The translations under genes and the position numbers were made by a program. This document shows, piece by piece, positions 41,784-55,019 of a stretch of DNA of 64,000 nt; positions within the stretch are counted from its first letter, which is position 1, and every line of letters begins with the position of its first letter. Source of the stretch: the human T2T-CHM13v2.0 reference genome, Homo sapiens; NCBI RefSeq assembly GCF_009914755.1, contig NC_060931.1; one strand, 5' to 3'. A model generated the notes under the pieces. That model saw only the letters and a program-made list of their open reading frames with translations. It was not told the origin of the DNA and ran no database searches.

Positions 41784-43320
41784 TCTTTTAAATACATCAA
41801 TGCAAAAATCCTCAACAAAATATTATCAAACCCAACCCAGCAACATATAAAAAGGATTATACCTATGATCAAGGAGATTTTACCCTAGGAGTGCAAGGTT
41901 AGTTTAGCACAGTAAAATCAATCAATATAATATACCATATTAATAGACTAAGTGACCAAACCCACATGATCATCTCAATAGACATAGAAATAGCATTTTT
42001 GTAAAAACCCAACATCTGTCCATGATTAAAAACCACTCAACAAAACTAGGAATATAAGGGAACGTCCTCAACCTAATAAAGGACATCTATTTTTTTAAAA
42101 AAACTCACTGCCAACATCACACTTAATAGTAAAAGACTGAATGTTTTCTCTCTTAGATAAGGCAAAAAAGATGTCTTCTTTCATCACTTCTATTCAACAC
42201 AGTACTGGTATATTCATACAATTGAATAATATCCAGCAATTACAAGGAAGGAAGGCCTGATACATCCGATAACATAGATGAACCTTGAAATTATTATGTT
42301 AAATGAAAGAAGACAGTCACAAAAACTTACATTTGCATAATTCCACTTATTTGAAATGCCCAGAATAGGCCAATATACAGATAGAAAGTAGATTAGTGTT
42401 TGCCAGGGACTGTGGGGAACGGGGAAGTGACTATTAATGGGTACACAATTTCTTCTGAGGATGATTAAAAGATTGCCAAGAAAGTAGTGATGATAGTCAA
42501 ACTCTGTGAACACACTAAAATATACAAAAGTGTACACTTTAAAAGGATGAATTTTATGGTATATAAATTGTATCTCATAATGTCATTATTAACAAAACCA
42601 GTCCAACTCCTCATAAGAACATACTGAGAACAGTTATTCTGCCTAGAATTTACTCTTTTAAAAGTGATTATTTTGATATTATGGTTCATCCATTTTGGGC
42701 TGGATTGGTTAAGAAGTCAATCACATGCTTTCCTAAGGAAAACTGATCAAAATCTGCTTCTGATGTAAGCCAGCCAGCCTCATCTACCAATCAAAGGAAT
42801 GCTTGAATGAAAGGATGATTAAATGAGAGATTAATTACAACATCTCCCATACAACTTAGATATTGTTTGCTGTCCCATTAGGTGCGTCCATTTTGAATCT
42901 TTAGCCAGCTTTTTAATTCAATGAGATTATGAACCATGTATTTGAAGCTTTTGAAATCTTCTTCTATAATGATTAGTTCTATGCTAACTTTAAGTATTTA
43001 ATGGCATTAGAAATCACCTGATTCAGTTTTTCAGTACGGTTCTCTCTAGACAACTGTTAGAAATAAAACAGGAAGCAAATACCAGGGGTGGCAGGGATAG
43101 GAGGCATGGTTGCTTTAGGACAACCAGGACCTTTTAAGGAGAATGAGAAATCTCAGGTACCCAAGAGATTTGGGGATTCCAATTTCCCCCCTATAGAATA
43201 TGGCAAGGTTGGAGTTGAGATTGTTGCTCAACAGAATTGGCAAATACCTACTACATCCTTAGAACAAACTGGAGTGATATACCAGCCAAATGGGTTCTCA
43301 CTGGTTACAGGCAAGGAGTG

Positions 43321-43724
43321 TAATATGGTTTGGATGTTTGTCCCCACCCAAATATCCTGTTGAAATGTAATCCCCAGTGTTGGAGGTGGGGCCTGGTGGG
43401 AGGCGTTTGGGTCATGGGGGCAGATCCCTCATGGCTTGGTGCTGTCCTCAGGATAGTGAGTGAGTTCTCAAGAGATCTGGTTGTTTAAAACTGTGTGCTA
43501 CCTCCCCCCAACTCTCAGTTTTGCTCCTTCTCCTGCCATGTGAGACACCTGCTCCCTCTTCGATTTCCGCCATGATTGGAAGCTTCCTCAGGCCTCACCA
43601 GAAGCAGATGCCAGGGCTATGCTTTCTGTACAGGCTACAGAACCATGAGCCCATTAAACATCTTTTTTTACAAATTACCTAGTCTCAGGTTTTCTTTACA
43701 GCAATGCAAGAACTGACTAACACA
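43321..43724 (+). mobile_element. MSTA-like MaLR solo LTR
   Basis: tatggtttggatgtttgtccccacccaaat...gcaatgcaagaactgactaacaca; 5-bp TSD GAGTG at 43316-43320 and 43725-43729. Confidence 0.92.
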
Positions 43725-44675
43725 GAGTGAAATGTTTTAATGTTCATGTTTAACAGGTATAAAACTAGACCTAGAAAAGACTGGCAAAACAGAGATTCAG
43801 CTGAGTCAAATCTTGTTGATATTGAAGTCTATTCCTAGGTTGTGCACTTTGATATTTCAAGTATGACCTTAACATTTTCTGCCCCCACCCAATGCTCCAT
43901 CCAATGCTCATGATGCCCAATTATGCATCTCCCAGTTGATCCTCAATAACTATATACTCAGTAAAGTTTGGTAGCTAAATAATCCACCATTCTGTAGAAT
44001 AAGAATTTTGTAGAATTTGAAGCAAAGAATTTCAGCCTCACCTTAGACAATATTCATCCCAAAATGAATGTTGTTCAACAGTGATCTAAGTGCTGATGCC
44101 CTTTCTGTAGAACAAGTGTCAGCACTCTGCAATTTTTCATTCTGCAAAGTGTTTTGTTCTATACTGTCTAATACAATCTTGTACTTCTCTTCCTATCACT
44201 CTTATGCACTGATTTGTCATTTTCACTTCAGGAGCCTGGGAAACTTTTGATGAAGCATGACTCATGGCTCAGGAAGAGAAAAGAAGGAAGTACCAGCTGA
44301 TGCTAAGAGGCTGGAAGGTCAAATATTATACTTTCTTGCTCCCTGGAGTTGGAAATGGGATCGGCTTTCCTGAATCTCATTAGCTACTAGAAAGAGAAAA
44401 AAAAGATCAAGGTTTCAAAAGGAAGGAGCAAGGGGAAATGGATTTCATAAAACAACTGTGTCCTTTACATCATTACATAGCTATAAAGTATAGTGCAAAA
44501 ATAAACAACAAAAGCATTAGTTCATTAGATGTAGGACCAGAAAGCTTGGGACCCTCCAGTTTCTAACCATGTGATTTTGAAAAATTAAACATCAGGTTTC
44601 AGTCCTCAGTCTCACTCTCCACAGAATAAATAATAATTCGGAGTGACCTGATAGTAAGTGGCATTATCACTCTCT

Positions 44676-44691
44676 CTGCCATCTGCTGACA
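44676..44691 (-). promoter_or_regulatory. Candidate CTCF motif
   Basis: Minus strand TGTCAGCAGATGGCAG versus core CCASYAGRKGGCRS, one mismatch. Confidence 0.35.
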
Positions 44692-44989
44692 GTCCTATGA
44701 ATCAGGATGGAGATCAGTCTCTTTTATGATGTATAAGATTCCATATCCTGAATGGGAAACAAGGGAGTGTGTTTATATGCACAGGCTTGCACCCACTGGG
44801 GGTGAGAGCTGGGGAGAGAGGATTAGTAAATGTTCTGGAAGAAATCAATATGGGTTTGTGGCTGGGAAAAGCATCCTCCAAAAGAATTGCAGCCCTCAGC
44901 TCTCTCTCCTTGGCAAAAGCTTCAACTTTAGCATGTGCCCCCCTGCCCCATCACTCAGTGGAAAACTTTATGCAAAAAAATGCATTTTT

Positions 44990-45450
44990 GGAAGACACGA
45001 GCACACACGTGTTCATAGCAGCACAATTGGCAATTGCAAAAATATAAAATGGGCCTAAATGCCCATCAACCAATGAGTGGATAAAGAAAATGTGGTATAA
45101 TTACAGCATGGAATACTACTCAGCCACAAAAAGGAATGAAACAATGGCATTTGCAGCAACCCGGATGGAGCTGGAGGCCATTATTCTATGTGAAGTAACT
45201 CAGGATTGGAAAACCAAATACTGTATGTTCTCTAAGTGGAAGCTAAGCTATGAGGAGGCAAAGACATAAGGATAATATATGAACTTTGGGGACTCAGAGG
45301 GAAGGGTGGGAGGTGGATGAGGGATAAAAGACTACACATTGTGTACAGTGTACACTGCTTGGGTGACAGGTGCACCAAAATCTCAGAAATCGCTACTCAA
45401 GAATGTATCCATGTAACCTAAAACCACCTGTTCCCCAAAAACTATTAAAA
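44990..45450 (+). mobile_element. L1PB 3' fragment
   Basis: aaatgcccatcaaccaatgagtgg...gactacacattgtgtacagtgtacactgc...aaaccacctgttcccc; AAAATG(C)ATTTTT on both flanks. Confidence 0.9.
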
Positions 45451-45909
45451 TGATTTTTAATATCTTTCTGGGAATTATTCTTTTCCAGCTGCAAATTTAC
45501 TACATCATGTCCACTTATTGCTGACTTTCTTTGTTACAGCTGTTTTGCACCTCAAATCATAATAATCCTCTATTTGTGACATTATAATTATCACTAAGTA
45601 ACCAATTGTAATGTCATAAATAGGGTTATGGCTTTATGAGGACATGAGACTTGCCCATTAATTTGCAGAAGGTCCTGACTAATAAAGGGATATTCTCCAT
45701 CATGAGAAAAGTGAAAGATGGTTTGTGAAAAACTGAGATTTTCCAGAGTAAATTTCTTATTAGTGCCAAATTATAGAAGTGGCTTCCTCTCCTACCGGCC
45801 TCTCTCCTCGAACTTCTTCCCTTGCTGGGAAGCTGTTCATCTCTGAGTCAGAGAAAATCTAACACCTGGCTGTTCCAACTGCACATCTTACTCTGGCCTT
45901 TATTTAATT

Positions 45910-46480
45910 GAATTTTATTTAACTAATACCTACTGATGTTCATTAATACAATTCATGAAGCACTATGCCAAATGCTACAAAGACAAAAAAATTAGATGAG
46001 AAAAACTCTCAAGAAAATTATAGTTTAGGAGGTAAAATAAGACAAGCACTAAAAATAATGAATACAAAGCAAAGCAAAATAAGAATCACTATGCAAATAT
46101 TAACACTACAAAAGGGAATCCAGAGGAAAGGCCAGGGCAGGTCGCTTGCATTAAGGAAAGATCCATAAATGCATCCTGGAGAAGCAAGTGAGCGATTAAA
46201 GGTTTCTACATTTGGAGAGAAGGGATGGAGGGGTGCAAGCTGAGAGAAAACGCAGGTGAGACAAAACAAGGAAATTCAGGACACAGTGAGGAGACCAGTT
46301 TTGCTGGGTTGTAGAGAAGATGGAGGTAAGTTTGAAAAAGGGGGCTGTGATCACTCTTCAGAGGCCTTACATTCCAGTATACAGTTTAGACAAATTACAG
46401 GTCAGTAACAAAGAGCCAAAAAATGTTTTCAAACAAGAAAGTAATGTGACTGGAACTGTATTTTTGATTCTGATATAGGA
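45910..46480 (-). mobile_element. L2 fragment
   Basis: gcactatgccaaatgctac...gtgaggagaccagttttgctgg...gagccaaaaaatgttttcaaacaag. Confidence 0.6.
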
Positions 46481-47149
46481 AACATGTTAAAAAGATCCTC
46501 ATATGAATCCTATCCACTGATTTCACATTTTCTAAGTTATGTATATTATTTAGATCACCTGTTTAGCTGTATGATATTTTCTTTCTTTTTGATGCTATTT
46601 TTCTTTATGATGTCTACTAAGACAATGCACCTTTCACATTTATATACAGGCATCTTGACTGGACACGGCCTTAACATTTCATGTCATTTTGAAGTCTCTG
46701 GAAAACTTTTCCTGAGCACAATGTTTTCCTCCACTTACTTAAGAATTTCTTACAAAAGCGCAGTTTCACTTCCAGGAGCTTCAATTAAAATACAACCATT
46801 TCTGCAAATGAAACATATTAAGTAAGTGTGTATCAAATATCCTGGAGAATTTAACAAGCTTTAAACGGACATTGGAACACAGCAAGGATTTGAAGGCTAA
46901 ATGCATAACCTATTTGGATTTGGCCCAGGTCCCATCCCTAACACCCGCTCACTATATCATCTTAGATTCGTGAGGTAAATAGTCCGGGCATGCGTTTTTC
47001 ATTTTCTGAAAATATAAGCTAACAAGCATGCCCACTTTGCACAATTATCTTCTCTGAGGCTAGACTGAGGGAGCTCCTTTGTGAGAGTAAGTGACAACCA
47101 ACAAACACTGAGCACATGCTTTGGGAAGCACTCAACAGTAAGCGCTTAG

Positions 47150-47432
47150 ACCATTCTCTCTTCACATCTCCAGTACCCAGCAAATGCCTGGCATAGAGCA
47201 GGAGCTTGATGCCTGAGTTTGATATTGTTAAATAGGAAGCAGTGTGGCATTGACTTTGGACTTCCATCTCTTCCCCCTCTCTACTGGATATGTGAGCTTG
47301 TGCAGTTATTTAGCCTCTCTGAGCATCAGTTTTCTCTTCAGGAAAATGAAGAAAATTACCACTTTACAATTATTGAAAAGAGATCCTACAAGAAAGCACT
47401 CAGAACATTCTAGGCATATAAATATAGGCTAG
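47150..47432 (+). mobile_element. L2 3' end followed by MIR
   Basis: ccagtacccagcaaatgcctggcatagagcagg (L2); gttatttagcctctctgagcatcagttttctcttc (MIR). Confidence 0.7.
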
Positions 47433-48373
47433 TTTTCTCTGCTTCAATAAGATTTAATTATTGGCTCGATGCCCTGTTCATTCGTCAGAAGAGAAGTCCT
47501 TCACTCATTCCGTCCTTTTAATAAGTCTCTTTGACCCCTGTGCCCCCATTTAACATAAATACAACTAGACCAGCTATTAAAAATTATCTGTAAGAACAAA
47601 GGCAAGGCAGTTTTGAAGTCTTTGAAGAAAAATAAAAAGATGTAAACGTTTTTGGTGTTTGTGTGCTCAGTGTTTAACATTGATTCTAGCTGACAGAGGG
47701 TACAGAGGCACTCCTCTCGATAACAAGCTTGGATGGGCACAGGAAAGGAAAGGAAATGGATATATTTCTTTTTCTGTAAAGAAGTCTGCATTAAAACCAT
47801 GATTCACGGCAGAGCTTTGCCTGTCTACAAAAAGAAATGGAAAATGATGTTTATCCTTTGGGAGTAGAATAAAATTTCTATCTATTTAGTCTAATCTTAC
47901 TTTGTAGGCTTACGGAGTTGAATGGATCTTCTCTCTAAATCCTCATCCAGGTCTCCTTTTTTATGTTCAACTCAAATGACTCATTCATTTTCTGAGTCTG
48001 TGTTTTCAGCTGTATTTCCACCAACTCATTTTCAAAGAAAGTAAGTTAAGAGAAACCCCAGAAGCAGCTGGGCTGCTTATTACCTACTTGTTTATACATC
48101 CCTGTCATTAAGAACTACAGGTTGACACACATGGATGACTCCACTATTGTACTGATGTGTATTGAGTGCTATTTTGCCAAGATGTTTTTAAAAGATAATT
48201 TCTCTCTGTATGCCTTCTCCCTCGTTTTATTTATGTTTTTTAACATAATAGGCACTAGTTTGTGCACATCTCCAGTAAATCTGTTTCTTTGTCTTCCAGC
48301 TGTGCTTGAGGGAAGCTAGAGCTGACTCACATTAGTCTGACATCTCCATTGAGCATGACAGTGTTCTCCTTAC

Positions 48374-48448
48374 CTGCCTGACAATCACCAGTGCTGATTC
48401 TGGCGAGGGAGCGAATGGAGAAAGAATGCCTACCATCCCTTACGCTGT
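48374..48448 (-). other. Candidate 75-nt cassette exon
   Basis: Acceptor gccttccctgcag, donor CAG|GTAAGG; only the phase-1 frame is open (xSVRDGRHSFSIRSLARISTGDCQA); unique sequence. Confidence 0.35.
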
Positions 48449-48829
48449 CTGCAGGGAAGGCATAACAAGGTCCTGGCCAGAGAGGAGCTACCCCTGAATG
48501 GTTGAGGCAAACTACTACTGGCTTGAGAGCTTCCCAGACAAGGATCCAAAGATCAGCAGCCGTGGTTGGTTTCCCAAGCAGACGTGACATAGTCATTGTG
48601 ATTATCTCCACCAGAAACAATGGAAAAAACCATGTTCTTCAAGGCCAAACAAGGGCAGTGCATAAGCATGCAACCAGGCAGATGAATATAAAACCCTGCC
48701 ATATGAAAGCTTTCCCGAGCTCAAAAACAGGCATGATTTGCATCTATTCTTGCTCCCATCTCAAGCATTTCTCCTTTGAAGGCACCCTTCATAACATTAA
48801 TTCCACTTGTTCTCAGATGGGCATAATCT

Positions 48830-48985
48830 CTTAGAACTGAATAATTGGAAATACCTTAGAGATCACAAAGGTTCATGCTCTCATTTTCAAGATAAAGAAA
48901 CTGAGGTTAAGAAAGGTGAAGGAACTTATTTGACTTCATACAGGTCAGCCAAGGCTAAGCCAGTGTCAGAACTGTGGCCATGAGT
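48830..48985 (-). mobile_element. MIR
   Basis: ctcattttcaagataaagaaactgaggttaagaaaggtgaaggaactt. Confidence 0.7.
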
Positions 48986-49299
48986 TGGAGTGGTCTGAAC
49001 AAAGCATGAGAAGATAATTTCTTTGACGCTAAATAATACAGGCTGTATTTGAGCCAGATAAGAGCAAGGGGACAGGGTATTTTATTTTCTCTTCTTAACC
49101 TCATTCATTATGAAACACTTGGGAGCAAAAACAACTCTTCAACCTCCTTTTTCCACTCACCGTGCCCATCCTTCTTTAGCGTCTGTTTGGTAGATGAAGG
49201 TCCCCACCTGATGGCTTTAGAAGGCAGGGGAAACGAGAAAAACGGAGATATCAGTGACTCTCACTGATCATGAGTAAATGCTGAATGACTTGCAACTTG

Positions 49300-49460
49300 C
49301 GTTGCATCTAAATCAGGTGTTGTTATTCCCCACTTTGCAAATGAAGAAACTGAGAGAGGTCTGAGAGAGGTTAGTGAGGTAACCAGCCCAAAGTTACACA
49401 ACAGCTTAAGTGATGGAGTCAGGATTTGAATGCAGGTCTAGCTGATTCCAGTGTCAATGC
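49300..49460 (-). mobile_element. MIR
   Basis: ttattccccactttgcaaatgaagaaactgag...caggatttgaatgcaggtct. Confidence 0.75.
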
Positions 49461-49503
49461 CACATGATTGGAAACAAAATATCAGAAACTGAACCTTTGC
49501 TTC

Positions 49504-49796
49504 TTTTTTTTTTCTGAGACAGAGTCTTGCTCTGTCACCCAGGCTGAAGTGCAGTGGTGCGATCTTGGCTCACTGCAAGCTCCGCCTCCTGGGTTCACGC
49601 CATTCTCCTGCCTCATCCTCCTGAGTACCTGGGAGTACAGGCACCTGCCAACACGCCCGGCTAATTTTTTGTATTTTTAATAGAGATGGGGTTTCACCGT
49701 GTTAGCCAGGATGGTCTCGATCTCCTGACTTCGTGATCTGCCCGCCTCGGCCTCCCAAAGTGCTGGGATTACAGGCATGAGCCACCGCACCCGGCC
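49504..49796 (-). mobile_element. AluY
   Basis: Y diagnostics gcaagctccgcc, ttcacgccattctcc, ccgtgttagccaggatggtctcgatc; degenerate TSD TGAACCT(T/C)TGC(T/A)TC. Confidence 0.93.
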
Positions 49797-50609
49797 TGAA
49801 CCTCTGCATCTATGCTCAGGACTAAGATTGGCAATAGAGCTGGGCTTCTCATCTGCCCACCTCCCCACCATGCATGACAGCAACCAGGCCAGTGACCCAC
49901 CAAAAAGTGGAATAAGAACTGTATAAAATCCATAAAGGACACTTTTGCCACCCCCATTTCCCAACCATCACCACCAACCTACGTGGCAGAAGACCAGGGA
50001 AAGGGCAAGAAACAGGGCCATCCAGGTAATTGCTTCATCCACTATGAGCCCTCGAAATAAGGAGCTGATGCAGTATGAGGCACACATTTAAGAACTATGC
50101 TAAACTTTTAATCCTGGGTCACTGCAACAGCTTGCCATATATGTCAGTGATCTGTTCTGTGTGATTACGAGATAGTTTATTTTATTTTTGCGTCACAAGT
50201 CTATCTGTGAAGACCCAAAATATTCTGCATATGCAGTACTGAAAGAACGCATAATGGTTCCCAAATACTTCTTTACTGGTTTTCAAATACAAGGACTTTT
50301 TAATATAAGGCATTTCAAAAACCTTCACCCAAGATCCATGTTATTTTAGGTTTGGATGCCTGGAAAATGTCTAATGGCAAAAAGCTGCTAGGAATCAGTA
50401 ACAGTTCCAAATGGATTTTATGTTTTGTCATAATGACATCTAGGTACATTTGGAACAAAGAATTATTACATTTATGCACGAGCTACCTCGTTTCTGCAGT
50501 TTTAAGCCTACAGTGGAAGTGCATATGCTTTTAAGTACCCTCTATTTTGTTCCAGCAGCTCACAGGAGAGCGCTAAATAGGGCCCATCCAAGTCACTGCA
50601 CATCCCTGG

Positions 50610-50876
50610 GCCAGCACTTCTCAAACTTTCACGTGCTCACAAATCATCTGGGGACCCTGTTAAAATGCAGATTATAGTCCATCCGTGTTCTCTGTGCTGC
50701 TCTTTCAGAGAAGCCACTGCAGCTATTGATAGGCCAAGGCTGTCTCCCATCAGGCAAGCCCTGAAACTAGAAACTGGAAAAAATAATGGGGCCAGCCTGA
50801 GAGTCTGCATTTCCAGCAGGCTCCCAGGTGCCGCTGCTGCTGCTACTGTCCATAAACACACTTTGAGTGGCATGGC
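50610..50876. mobile_element. MER5A with foreign central insertion
   Basis: Left arm cttctcaaactttcacgtgctcacaaatcatctggggaccctgttaaaatgcagatt; right arm cctgagagtctgcatttccagcaggctcccaggtg...cacactttgagt; about 110 bp of non-MER5 sequence between them. Confidence 0.85.
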
Positions 50877-51539
50877 CCTAACACTAGGACCAACCCAGAG
50901 TCAGCCCAGACTCTCACCTGCCTGCCTGTCCCCTTGACCATGTCTCCCCCACTCATCAAGTCATACACCCTCTTGCCACCATTTTTCCTCCAGAGCGAAT
51001 ATAGGTGTGTGTATGACTGTGTCCCCCAAAAAGGCAACTCTCGTCTCTTGGGATTTATTGATTCTCCTTTCATTCCCATTGGCTTACAGACCACACTTTG
51101 TTATGAAGCCAATTAAGATCTCTGCTGTGATTGGCTCATTGCTATTTCCCAGTTGTTCATGTTGATATTGGTGTGTTTTAACTGTAATCTCTTTGAGAGT
51201 AAGGACAACGTAGTAGATAATCTCCACAGCAACCAATATTTTTCCAGTAAAAAAGTCAGGTGTTGTTATTTCCCATTTTGCTGGTATATAAACTATCTGG
51301 ATGAAAAATCTATGCATCCTGGAAATTAGTATATAAATGAGAGACTTATTAATCTTATAAATACAGACTTAATCATAAAATATTTATTTCAAAAAAATGG
51401 TAGGTGCCATTTATTGTGCATTTATTAAGAGCCAGACACTAGGCTAAGTGCCTTGTTTACAGTATTTCATTTACTTGTCACAAGGTCCCCAAGAGGGAAG
51501 ACTCCAAAGCCCAGACTCAACCATCACACAGTGCTGCCT

Positions 51540-52480
51540 CATAAAGTGTGCTTCTCATTAAGTGCCTGCTATGCACCAAACTCGGTTCAAATCTGGCAGA
51601 AGATTACAGAACCAGGCACCTGCCTCCCCTAGCCCCCACTGTCCAGGCAGTAGCAGGCACAAATAATGAGGCTGCAATATAACAAGGATAATAATGTAGG
51701 TCAATGCAACATGCCATGAGAGGAGACAGACAGTCATCTGGGAATATCAGGAAAGGCCTAAGAACTAACATTTAAATGAAATATTAAAAAACCATGGGAG
51801 AGACCCGAGCAGAAAAAGGAAGAAGAACATAAAGAGTGATGAGAATACACCTGCAAACCATGAGGATGTCAAAGATCATGGTGAGACTAAGGAACTCCAG
51901 AAGCCTGGCGTGGCTGGAACCAACATTACACATGGCAACATTAGAGGTTCTAGCTGTGGACGTGGGGATGGCTAAGTAAGGAAGAAGTGGCCTCAGAATC
52001 ACTGGGGGAGCTTTCTCAAACTCCACACCCCCCCAGGAATGTGTCATATCTCCCTTCCCTATCACCCAAAAGCTTCCCAGAATCTCTTGGAGAAAAGAAT
52101 TGGGGCACAGAGAGTTTGACAAGCTTCCTTGATGATTCAGATACAGCTAACATGAGTGAGAACATGGCTGAAGAGGTACAATGAGCTCAGACTTTAGGGC
52201 TTTATCCTCTAGGCAGTGGAGGCAAGAGAGCTTTATAAACAGGGAAATGACAGAATCTGATCTATTTTTAAAAGATACACAGTATGGATTGAAATGAAGA
52301 AAAACTGGAGACGGGAACAGGAGGCTACAGAATAGCAATAATAAAGATAATAATAGCTCATACTCATTGATGTCTCGGGCACAGTTCTAATTTAATAGTG
52401 TAATCAACAGATTTGAAAGCCTGATCTGAAGCAATGACAGGAGGAATGGAGAGAAGGAATTGATTCCAGGGAGATCTCTA
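51540..52480 (-). mobile_element. L2 fragments with MER5B-like insertion (~51985-52160)
   Basis: aagtgcctgctatgcacc, gactttagggctttatcctctaggcagtgg (L2); tcagaatcactgggggagctt...gatgattcagatacagc (MER5). Confidence 0.65.
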
Positions 52481-52688
52481 ATTGGGCAGGATATGTGCCT
52501 AGTGTTTAAGAGACTAGTATTTTGCCACCAGGTATCAGCCTGCAGTCTCGGGCTGTCCTAACCCTTGTCTCTTTCCTTCTCATCACTTTATCATAAAATA
52601 GACACTTTAGGCATGTCCTGATATGCGTAAGTTTAGAGAAAGGGAAATTCTCCAGGGCCAGAGAAGTTTTAGTTTAGTTAAAACTACA

Positions 52689-52978
52689 AGCCAGGTGCTG
52701 TGGCTCATGCCTGTAATCCCAGCATTCTTGGACGCCAAGGAAGGCAGATTGCTTAAGCTCAGTTCAAGACCAGCCTGGGCAACATGGCAAAACCCTGTCT
52801 CTATAAAAAATACAAAAATTAGCCAGGCATGAGGATGTGTGCCTGTGGTTCCAGCTACTCAAGAGGCTGAGGTGAGAGGATAACTTGAGCTGAGGAGGTC
52901 GAGGCTGCAGTGAGCCATGATCGCACCACTGCACTCTAGCCTGAGCAACAGCGCAAAACCCAGTTGGAAAAAAAAAAA
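52689..52978 (+). mobile_element. AluJ
   Basis: gattgcttaagctcag, gaggtcgaggctgcagtgagccatgatc. Confidence 0.92.
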
Positions 52979-53624
52979 TCCACATAAGTTAAAAAAAAAG
53001 GTGAAAAAATTCTCTGGAGTCAGCAGTTTGCTACGGCCTTGGCCATAAAATGGTGCAGGAGTAAGAGGTTCTTCTGCTTTCACAGCCAAGAGCCTCATAT
53101 ATTTCTGTTTGCTGAGTGTAGGCAGTAGAAGGCTGAGGTCCCCTGTGCTGCTGTCTCAGAGAGGCCAATGCACCTATTGATAGGCCAAAGCTACCTCTCA
53201 TCAGGGCAGCCCTGGAAATAGAAAATAGTATGACTTAGGGTTGAATTGAGTAAAAGAGTAATTGACAACAATAAGTTCAGGGAGAATCAAAACACTTCTA
53301 TAATGCTAATGCTAATTGTTCCCTACCAATCAATGGATTTCTGTACAAATTCATTCATCACTCACTTATTGAGTGGCTGCTATGTGACAGGCAAAACATT
53401 AATGGCTGGTACAAGGAAATACAGAAAAAAAAATTAAGGAAAAGAAAACGAAACTATGAAAGGTACTAAGTTTCATTGCCCCAAGACATCTATTATTAGG
53501 GTCTTAAATTTTCTCAGACTGCTAGACAGACTTCACAGTAAAGGCAAAGCAGAGAAAACAAGGGACATCAAGGCCACACCTTGACTGCTCACCAAAAAGC
53601 ACATGTCCCTGACTATGGATCATT

Positions 53625-53990
53625 GTGTTAGTCGAGATGAAGTAGGTTATACTGTAGGAACACAAGACATATCTCACTTGTTAAAATAACAGCAGTTTAT
53701 GTCTATCTAGCACTGCCTGTCTATAAAGAATTGGCTGGGGCTTTCTGGACCCAGGCTGACAATTAAGAAGATGTAACTGTGGCAGAAGGAAAAGAGATCC
53801 CTGGAGAAGTTTTTTTTTTAGTTATTTATTTGTGGCAAATAAACATTCCATCCCACAAGTGATACACATCACTTCCAATCACAACATATTGTCCAGAACT
53901 GGTTAGGTGGCCCCACTCAAATATACAAAGCCAGGAAGTACACCTACCATGCGCCAGAATATTTGATGAAGCATACCTATGACAACCACA
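53625..53990 (-). mobile_element. MLT1 (J/K-like) MaLR LTR
   Basis: tgtgttagtc...taggttatactgtaggaaca...gtgatacacatcacttcc...tggccccactcaa. Confidence 0.65.
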
Positions 53991-54390
53991 GACAGTTGGC
54001 AGAACTGGCTCTATCTTATGTAGTACATTCTACGTATGTACTCAGATGTAGAATGGAAATAATCCCAAAGATCAAGCTCATGCATCAGCCTTGATCAGTC
54101 AGGCTAACATATTTATTGTCAACAGAAAAACTAAAATTGTTGCTGAATTCTGGTCCTGGAGCAATGGTGTGCTATTGGAAGATGCAGTGATAAAGAAGAG
54201 GGATGGTTCTGTAATAACACACGAAAATGGGCTTAAAGTGATTAAAAAGTAACACCCCAGAGCTACTCCTTACCTACTGCTGTCAGGAGGCTCTTTAATG
54301 ATATTACACAGGAAGAGTTATGGGGTTTTCACAAATGGGAAGATCCATTAAGCTCTATTCTAACCAAGAACTAACAATACAGATTTAATT

Positions 54391-54417
54391 CTCTCTGTCT
54401 GTCTCTCTTTCTCTCTC

Positions 54418-54485
<68 letters not shown>
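54391..54485 (+). repeat. Compound (CT)n(CA)n microsatellite
   Basis: Directly visible. Confidence 0.95.
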
Positions 54486-54486
<1 letters not shown>

Positions 54487-54847
54487 ATACTCACAGCTCA
54501 CAAAAGTCAACTTCCCCAAAGTAATTTTCTGACCTCAGGAGACAACAAACACAAAATACTCCATTAGAAAGACAGAGAATTACTAGCATTTTTCAAAGCC
54601 ATCAGAAAGAACTGAAATCTGTTACAGAAGTCTCTTGACATTGAGAAACACTAAAACGTAGTATAAGGGTTGTGGTGCAGCATCCCCTGATTGATCAGAC
54701 TTCTGAAGACAAAGGCATCATGTACACCCAATTAGGACCAAAACTATTCCCCAAATCACAATGGTTAAAGATAATTGAGCTCTGATTCCATACTGAAGAA
54801 GAACTACAGCCTAATCTCAGAATGAATTGCCCATCCTTTATCATCTG

Positions 54848-55009
54848 TGCTAAATACTTATGTACATATATTTAGAATTTCTAATTGCCCCAGCCTAGGT
54901 AGGTAGTGACTCTTGAAGTATATAACTTTGCTAAATACTTATGTACATATATTTAGAATTTCTAATTGCCCCAGCCTAGGTAGGTAGTGACTCTTGAAGT
55001 ATACATCTT
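54848..55009 (+). repeat. Tandem duplication, 2 x 81 bp
   Basis: 54848-54928 and 54929-55009; first 75 nt identical, 2 mismatches in total. Confidence 0.97.
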
Positions 55010-55019
55010 TGCCTGCTTT

